From positions 310,001 through 374,000 of the forward strand of contig ML978135.1 in NCBI GenBank assembly GCA_010015805.1: a DNA stretch of 64,000 bases, read 5' to 3'. Under the pieces are notes generated by a model. That model saw only the letters and a program-made list of their open reading frames with translations. It did not search any database and was not told the origin of the DNA. The stretch comes from Rhizodiscina lignyota. Lineage: Eukaryota. The position numbers were made by a program, and so were the translations under genes. This document shows, one piece after another, positions 56,571 to 64,000 of this stretch (position 1 is the first letter of the stretch; each line of letters opens with the position of its first letter).

Positions 56571-56793
56571 TGGCCAATCATATATCAAGCTGTGCAGGGT
56601 AAGGAGGGTTTGCTTCCCTAAAGCAATGTGTATAGTACACGAGAGGCAAGAGGAACTAAGTGTAATCTTACATAGATCCGCGTTGTTTCTATATAGTATA
56701 TACATATGTATATCTTACACACAATGGAGGTATCAAGCGTATCTTCAAGCGGAGAAAGTATAATAGAGATCAATGGGAGCATGCAGATCCTCT

Positions 56794-58062
56794 TCACTCT
56801 GCTTCCACCTCTACACCATACTGCCTCTTGAAATAATCCGGCACATGCTTCTCCTTCCACTTTCTATCTTCTTCAATAACCTCTGCACTGCGAACATCCG
56901 GTCTCGGCTCCAGAGCATCAAGCTCAATCCGGCCATCCGGAGCCACAGAGGCACTTCTGGGCACAACGTACTTCTTCGGCCCGCCTTTGACATCAAAGTC
57001 AAAAGACCTTGGAGGGTGGTCCCGCCGCCATTGCACCACAACACCACCAACGCTAACTACAAATGGTGTTGCAGACATGATACGCGCTCTAACGGGCTCG
57101 GGTTCGGCGCGCGGCCCGAGCACTGGGTGATTCTCGACGTACATTTTGTTGCGTAAGTAGGACAGACCTGCGGATGGATGTGTGCTTGGCGTGAGCGCCG
57201 GATCGGCACTGAGGTGCGGTCTTTGGCCTGGAGCGTACGAGCTGGCGGTTGAGCGGGGAGGTAGGTCAAGGAATTCTTCGAGGTAACGGTTCAGGTTGGA
57301 CATTGCATCAAAGCCTTGGCCGCGCATCATCTTCAGACGATCCGAGAAGATCTGGTCCAGGTCCACGGACTCCAACCATGCCGCTGCGTCAAATGTGCCG
57401 TGGCCTTCTTTGTCATCGTGCATTGCCTTGGCATTGGTGACCTCTTGCGCGACAACCTTCTGCCTGAGCCACTGCATGAAGAGCTGTCGCAGCTCTGGCC
57501 GCTTGATCTTCTTCTCAAGGAAGATGCTGAAATCTCCCGGCGTCATGTCAGCGACAGAGTCTCCGTCGTATTTCCATCTTGTCGATGCTTTATTCTGCTG
57601 CTGCTGCATCGTCTTTACACCCTCTGGATCCGTGATGTCGATGCTCTTGTCAAATGCACTCTGAGACTTGCCCTCCCTTCGTCCCAGAGACCCTGAGATG
57701 CTCACTCGGTATTTTGCCTGGAACATCGGTATACGCATCTCCTGCCACTTCTGTAGCGTTCGTACATGGTCGCTCGCGAGGTCGAAGTCAGTAACTTGTG
57801 CGTCGGTGTCGAGTCTGTTTATGCGGATTGTAGGGTTCGAAACTTTTGAGGTATAAGAAGTCGGAAGAGGCCTCTTGCCTCCCCAGTCACCCCGATGCTG
57901 CGATGAAGCCGGCGTCACTATCGCCTGTCGGGTGGGATATCGAAGGGTTGCAGTGGGAGAGTTCGTAATTCCAGGCGCTGGTTCAGGGAGTGGAGGAGGG
58001 ATTGAGAACAGACGAGAGGACCGGAGGAGGTTTGCTCCAGGCGAGAGGTTGCGCGTTGCCAT
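56794..58062 (-). CDS. MRP51: Mitochondrial small ribosomal subunit protein bS1m (Mrp51)
   Basis: Presequence-like N-terminus, 'LLRSSRLF', 'YPTRQAIVTP..RGDWGGKRPLP', 'TDF...HVRTLQKWQEM', 'THPSAGLSY'. Confidence 0.88.
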   Translation of the reverse strand: MATRNLSPGANLLRSSRLFSIPPPLPEPAPGITNSPTATLRYPTRQAIVTPASSQHRGDWGGKRPLPTSYTSKVSNPTIRINRLDTDAQVTDFDLASDHVRTLQKWQEMRIPMFQAKYRVSISGSLGRREGKSQSAFDKSIDITDPEGVKTMQQQQNKASTRWKYDGDSVADMTPGDFSIFLEKKIKRPELRQLFMQWLRQKVVAQEVTNAKAMHDDKEGHGTFDAAAWLESVDLDQIFSDRLKMMRGQGFDAMSNLNRYLEEFLDLPPRSTASSYAPGQRPHLSADPALTPSTHPSAGLSYLRNKMYVENHPVLGPRAEPEPVRARIMSATPFVVSVGGVVVQWRRDHPPRSFDFDVKGGPKKYVVPRSASVAPDGRIELDALEPRPDVRSAEVIEEDRKWKEKHVPDYFKRQYGVEVEAE

Positions 58063-58684
58063 TGCCTTGGATTGGCAAGGCGGCGCACAGTATGCGAGAG
58101 TTACAATTGTCTTGCGGTGCTCTTCAAAGCGCGGCGTTGCGGAAGCTCACGTCGCTCACTTTTTCAGCGAATCAGCGCCTCGGCACATCTCCGGCGTCGT
58201 CTGAACATGGCTCCTTCAAAATATATTTGGCACCCCCAGGAAAACAACCAATAGTGCTCTGATGATTACCAAGATCTAATATTGTTGTCTTTATAGACCC
58301 GAATTGTCTGTATATATGTCAAATTTCCATTTCCGACCTTTTCGGCTCCGCCACGAGGAGATTTATATGCAAATACCCAATCTCAGGGAGAATTGGTTGC
58401 CAAGACTTTTGAGCGGCGGTTGACTGCGAGGTATTCCGCAAAAGATATTAAATGACATTTCAGTAGTGGGACGCGTTATAAGTTTATTCTCACCTGGAAG
58501 CTCTATGCGGAATATGAAGATGGAGTCACAAGTTCGCAGCACTGAGAGCGAAGCACAGATGAGGTACCAAAACGTGAGATTTCGCTGATGCGCCGACTAA
58601 GAGTGATAGACTACACAGTATAAACAAAACGCCCATCATTCCTTTTCCTATAATCATCATCACCTCTTAGCCAGAACTCTAAGT

Positions 58685-61600
58685 TCAGTTCCCACCGTCG
58701 TCCCAACCAACCCATCCCCTACCCATAACCCTCCAAACCCTCACTTCTCCACTCCTCAAATCGCCCAACCGGAAGCTCTCGCTCTTAACTTTCACCTTTC
58801 CTCCCTTCTTTCCCTTTCCTCCACCGCCACCATCCTCGCCCTCACCACTCTCTCGGCCCTGTTCCCACGCCCGAACCTTCTTCTTCGTACCGTCCCACTC
58901 AGCGACAACAGCCACATGGTCCGGCTTGCCGACCTCCTGGCTATACTTGGTATGCAGACTGCCATGCTTCCCCTGGAACTTGGAATTTCTGAAGCTTACA
59001 ATGTCGCCCGGGCGGATCTCATCGTACTGCGCGACGGTCGCATTGCCGATATTCTGGTACACGAGCGCACCGTATGCACGCATGCCGACGGGGTATAGTG
59101 CGCCTTTCAGGCCGCCGAGCAGCTCGAGGACGAGAGATTGCGGCGATCCATCACCGACGACGCTGCTCTCCTTACTGCTGACCTTGCTAGCAATCTTCGC
59201 GCCGAATCTGGTGTGTGCGTCTTCAAGCTGGTCTTGCCGGAGCCGGCCGGGTGGCGGCTCGTGTCGCTGCTCGAGCACAACGTCGGCTGGGTTCTGTGGG
59301 TCGAAGCGCGCCGTAATGACAGTTTGACTGTAGTCTTGGAATAGGACGTACACATCCTTCGAGATAGTAGTCTTGCCACCACGCTTAGACGCGGTATTCT
59401 CTTCGATTTCAAAGAAGATATCGCGTCGGTTCTGGAATGCGGGCGGTGGAGTATCAGCTTGTGCCCACCAGTGAGAGCTTTGTCCCAAGTCGACATCTCC
59501 AGCAATGAATCCTGAATCTGTTGATTGACGAGGTTGCTCCATCGAGCGGCGAAGTGAGCTTCCCGCATCCATCGACTTGCGAGGATTCGGCAACGAGTTT
59601 GCGTGCTGCGGAGGGTGCATAGGCGGAAACACGGGGTGTTGTGGTTGTTGTGGAGGTGGAGGCGGCGCTGCTCTTTCATGTGGCGCTGATGGAGGGCCTG
59701 TTGGTGGATGGCGATCTGTCGATCTTCTTGGGGGAGGAGAGTAGAGCTCGTCCTCATCCTCATCCTCTGCCCCTTCATCCATAGACATGAGCGGGGGAAG
59801 CTGAGGAGGTCCACCTAGCGGAGGCATTGGTGGAGGCGGACGAGTCGCAGTTGCTGCTGCTGCCGCCGATGGAGTCCCGGAATAGTGGAATGGGTCATAT
59901 TCCCCATTTTCATCGGTCGCTGCGGGTCGGGTAGGGGGAACAGGTGGAGGGGGGCCTCGCGGAGAATCCATTGAGGTCCTGCCTACGTCCATCGACCTTC
60001 TCCTTGCGGCGTCAGGCGGAGGAGGCGGTGGAGCGGGGCGACTTGCAGGAGCAGCAGGAACGGGAGGCATGGCGTGTGGCATTTGCGGTGACTGAGTAGA
60101 TGTACTCTCAGCTGTGATGCTGTCATCTAAACTGTCGTCCCGCATGTGAGACTTCAACGCATCTTTATGCTTGGCAGAAGATGCAATGTCGGTGTCGTAG
60201 TCACCTTCGTACTCATCGTCATCTTCGTCATCTTCTACTGCACTTGGTCGACGTCCAACGTTCTCCAGTGTAGGCTGCCGGGAAGGAGGTCCAGCTGGTG
60301 GAGGTGGAGGTGGGGCCCTAGCATGAGCAGAAGGTGGGCTTGAGACTGGAACTGGTGGTGGTGGGCCCCTCTCGGAAATCGGAGAGCGCGGAGAAGTTGG
60401 CACTGGTGGTGGGTGTGGTCGAGAAGGCGATTGTGGCGAGCGTGGTTCAGCTGGTCGTGCGGGAGGCGGAGGCGCCGCACCAGGATGCGGTCGGATGGGG
60501 AGGTCTTCCTTTGACGTCTCTGCCATTTCGTCATCGGATTCTGACCCCTCTGTTGGAGACATTGTGGCCGCAGCTGGAGGTGGAGGTGGAGGTCGAGCTG
60601 TCTAGCATCAGCAAAGCACTATAGTGTGATAATAGATTAACATACAGTCGAGTGAAGGCCGTGATACAGGCACAGGAGGTGCGCCCTGGCTTGCCATAGA
60701 GAGAGGTCGCTCAGAGGGAACTGGTGGTGCCGATCTCTCCGTTGAAGATCTCTTCGGCGGCTTCGGAATATCTTCAACATCAGGCATCTCGTTTGGTGCG
60801 TGTGCTCCAGTGATCGGATGCTCAGTATCATCTCCATGTTCCATTTCCACAGGCTCTGCGCTCATTTGAGAACGTCCAAATCCTGGAATAGGGACCATTC
60901 GCATTCCTGGATGCTGTGCCGCCTCAGTAGACGTCTCTTCAGCCTCGGTCGATCTCCGCTCTGGTGGAGCAGTAGGCTTCTTCTTTTTCGGACCTCCAGC
61001 TGCAGGCAAACCACCGAAACCAAGCATACCACCCATGTTCATTCCTCCGCTTAGCTTCGCCATGCGCTCACGAAGCGCCATTTGTCGCTTGGTCTCCTCG
61101 TCAACTTCCTCCTCCCCTTCCTCTTCCGCTTCCTCTTCGTTATCTTCTTCATCTCCAACATCTGGTTCATGAGTCGGAGCAGCGGCATGGCGTTTCTTCG
61201 TTTCTTCATCTTCTTCTGCAGTCGAAGAAGCCCCTGCATCCTCTGTAGTCTCTCCTGCAGCGGACTGATCCGCATCGTTGCCACCATCACTAAATGGTTC
61301 TGGTTCTGGTGGGCGCGTCGATTGCCTTCGGAGAGGCGGCGGTGGAGCCGTATCGCGAGCGGAATCCATCGAAGGTCGCTCCGTCTCTCCACTTGTGACC
61401 TTCTCAAGTCCCGCGCCTTCGCCATCCTGAGGCTCATGAGACTCGGTGCGTTTCTTTGGTGGACGCTCTGGCTTCTTCTTTTGGCCAATTTCCGCTCTTC
61501 GCAGGGCTTGTTCCGCCTGCTGCTTCTGCAACATCGCAATGCGCTCCTTCAAGCTTGTAGGCTTGGGGGCATCCTCACCTTCTCCTTCAGCCGCTACATG

Positions 61601-62359
61601 ATTATGATCCGCAGAAGGAGCAAGACCAGCCTTCTCTGCAGCTTCCTCGTCTTCCGCTTTGCGCTCCGCAATTTCGGGGTCTTCGTCTCTTCTATATATC
61701 TTCTGTGGGGTAGGTTCGCGTGGAGGAGGCACATAAGCATTGCGGCTCGGTGGGGGTGCAACAAAGGGCTTCTTGATGAAGCCGGAAGAAGATGAAGAGG
61801 GCTTGAAGGGTGCGACCGGAGCTGCAGCAGCTTTGTTAAAGGCTGCGATGCGGTCCTTGAAAGACGATGGCTTCTCTGAGACGGGAGGAGGCTGCTTCGC
61901 AGCTGCGGGAGCTGCGGGAGCGGGTTTAGGAGCTGGCGGCGGTTCAGTTTCAGCAGGTGTAGGTTTCGAGACTGGTACTGGGGCTGGAGCTGGCGTTGAC
62001 AGCTCAGGATCTGGTACTCTCTGTGCTGGTCGTTCTTGCGGAGCTGGCTGAGCCTTCGGTGCTACCGGCTCAGGCTCCGGAACTGCCGCAGGTGCCGGAG
62101 CTTCAACCGCATGTTCTGCTGGCCTCGGTCTTGACCTCGTTGGGCGAGGTGGAGGAGCTGGTTCGAACTTCTCGACGAAGTTCTTTGGGAACAGCCCAGA
62201 TTTGGAATCTCCAGAGACATCAGTGTATTCACCCACATACCAGTCTGCATCTTCCTCCTCAGTCACAGTGATAATCTGGCCCTCTGGGAAGCTCAAATCG
62301 TCCTCATGAGGAGAGTTGTACTCGTAGATTGCCTTGACTTTGAATGGCGGAGCAGCCAT
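58685..62359 (-). CDS. BBC1: Bbc1/Mti1-like actin-patch protein (N-terminal SH3, Pro/Glu-rich middle, conserved C-terminal domain), 2 exons
   Basis: SH3 'FKVKAIYEYNSPHEDDLSF..DWYVG..GLFPKNFVE', 'SFKDRIAAFN', 'SLKERIAML', 'LRERMAKLSG', and C-terminal 'YVLFQDYSQT..EIRPGDI..SFRLGDLRSGEVRVWRV'. Intron 60667-60602. Confidence 0.9.
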
Positions 62360-63096
62360 GCTGGTCGGGAGTTGGCACGCCGCGGCTGCCACAAGCTCAG
62401 TTCTCAAGCTCCAAGAGCGTGAAGGCGCGTCGATTGATGTCCGATTTTGCGTTCAGCAACGCGAGGAGCTCGAGAGCTTGCAGGATGGAATTAGTCGCGC
62501 ACTTCCGGAGAATTGAAGACGAAGGGTGCGCTGGCGGGGCAGTCTGCATACGTCAGCCATTCTGGTGATTTGCGACGGAGGTGGCTGAGTTAAGTGGGTG
62601 CATACCGAGCGCTTCCGCCGTGTACAGTTGTAGGGAGTAATCGTGACGCTGTGCTGAGTGTGCAGCGCAAGGTCATGCGAACTGGCATCAATTGGGTGCC
62701 TGGTGCAAGTGGCGGAGGGCGGGCATGGCTTGAATCGTGGGCATTTTCGCGGTGCCAAGCCCGACCGCTGGAGCTTCCTAACTGAACGTCTGCTTGGGTT
62801 GCCAGCGATCAGCCTCAAACATGTAACACCATTTGCATGCCCAGGGTCTGGCAGCTTCTCCCCACACTGCCAGGTAGCAGCGAAGGCCCCTCCAGTAATC
62901 GTTCCATTTCCAGCAGAGCCTCATGAAACGCTAGATTCGAAACACCGCCAAACAATAAGTTCGTCTGGTACAGAAGTCCCATCGCCACGGTCGTCTTTAC
63001 AGTGCGGCATGGAATGAGATAGCCGCGAAATTCTCTTTGATCTTGTTTAAGGCATCCTTGAATCCTTTGTTTCACGTCTACTTGATCTCAGGAGCC

Positions 63097-63939
63097 ATGG
63101 GCCCGAAGTCCATCCTGAAAACTACAAAGCAGCCCTCAGACGAGGAGGCACAAACCAAAGAGGAGCGGAATAGAGAAATAGCTGTGCACCATGCTAGCCT
63201 GATCCAACAGCAGAAGGATGTCGAGAATCAGATATTCGAATCTTTGCTACGGCTGATAGACCTGCCCTCTAATGCAGATTCCGATCCAGCCCATCCCTCG
63301 TCTGACGATGTGGCAACTCTGAAGAACGACCTCAATCTATTCCAGCAAAGCGACTTTGACGCGCTCGTCGAAGAGAGGCATGCTAACGGGACATGCGGAT
63401 ACGCCCTATGCCCCAGGCCTCATCAGAAGGAATCCTCGACAGGGAAGTTCCGCATCATCAAGAAGCACAGCGCAAGCGAGATGAAAATTGTTCCGCGCGA
63501 GAGCCTTGAGAACTGGTGTTCAGATGCCTGCGGCAGTCGAGCAATGTATCTCAAAGTCCAACTATCTGACGAGCCTGCCTGGCTCCGTTCGACTGGTCCA
63601 GTAGATCTCACGCTCTTTAACGAGGACGAGGGAACGGCAAAAATGCAATCTCTCCCTCTGCGCCTAAAACCGGACCATGCCGATGAAATGAGCAGCAAGT
63701 TACAGCAAGGCATGACGGAACTTCGCCTTGAACGAGGGGACACCCAGACCTCCTCTCGGCCAGGGAATGTGCTCAGCTCTACCATCTTCGAGAAAGACAA
63801 AATCAGGCCACCGATTGAGCCGGAAGCGAATGCATCAAATGCACATGATCTTGTTGAAGGATTTCGGCCCAAATCAAAATTGAGGAACACTCAGAACGCG
63901 GACTCTGACGAGGAAGGTGACCATGACTGGGGAATATGA
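63097..63939 (+). CDS. RTR1: Rtr1/RPAP2-family RNA polymerase II CTD phosphatase-like protein
   Basis: 'FQQSDFDALVEER..GTCGYALC' and 'WCSDAC...AMYLKVQL' form the Zn-finger signature. First ATG at 63097. Confidence 0.9.
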   Translation: MGPKSILKTTKQPSDEEAQTKEERNREIAVHHASLIQQQKDVENQIFESLLRLIDLPSNADSDPAHPSSDDVATLKNDLNLFQQSDFDALVEERHANGTCGYALCPRPHQKESSTGKFRIIKKHSASEMKIVPRESLENWCSDACGSRAMYLKVQLSDEPAWLRSTGPVDLTLFNEDEGTAKMQSLPLRLKPDHADEMSSKLQQGMTELRLERGDTQTSSRPGNVLSSTIFEKDKIRPPIEPEANASNAHDLVEGFRPKSKLRNTQNADSDEEGDHDWGI

Positions 63940-64000
63940 GAGCAGATGATTCTAGTTATCTATACTTGATACCGGATCAGATGATTATACCCCTGTCTAA

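Noticed and set aside
59107..61795. Several long alternate-frame and antisense ORFs within BBC1
   Set aside because: These are expected from GC-rich, low-complexity Pro/Glu coding sequence.
1..64000. tRNA, rRNA, snoRNA, CRISPR arrays, telomeric repeats, transposase or reverse-transcriptase ORFs
   Set aside because: None recognised by eye, and the GGTTCGA words I noticed fall in coding sequence. tRNAscan-SE and Infernal would be needed to exclude small RNAs.

Overview
This is eukaryotic DNA from a filamentous ascomycete (Pezizomycotina). It is gene-dense, with short GT-AG introns (mostly 45-65 nt) and CTRAY branch sites, so many ORF-track entries are exon fragments. I reconstructed about 29 protein-coding loci by hand. 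Conserved housekeeping genes: a CSC1/OSCA channel, PCH2, condensin kleisin BRN1, PI 4-kinase STT4, LAP2/LTA4H, a long-chain acyl-CoA synthetase, an RKM5-like methyltransferase, ORC4, RPS17, MRP51, BBC1 and RTR1. Accessory or secreted genes lie between them: a GH16 glucanase, a CYP52-clan P450, a DUF6454-like protein, a BBE-type FAD oxidase, an RNase T1, DUF3632, a three-gene F-box-like array with one frameshifted copy, an ankyrin protein and two small secreted Cys-rich proteins. I found no rRNA, tRNA, CRISPR array or intact transposon, and I cannot support a confidently new biological system. The best leads are: (1) a tandem pair of divergent hydrophobin-like secreted proteins that share an intron in the 4th Cys codon; (2) the F-box-like paralog array; (3) a Mcm1-forkhead-like composite element plus intronic MCB boxes at the condensin gene; (4) a 4-exon microprotein gene only partly captured by the ORF track; (5) a probable mitochondrial presequence on LAP2. 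All family calls come from motif recognition by eye, not database searches.
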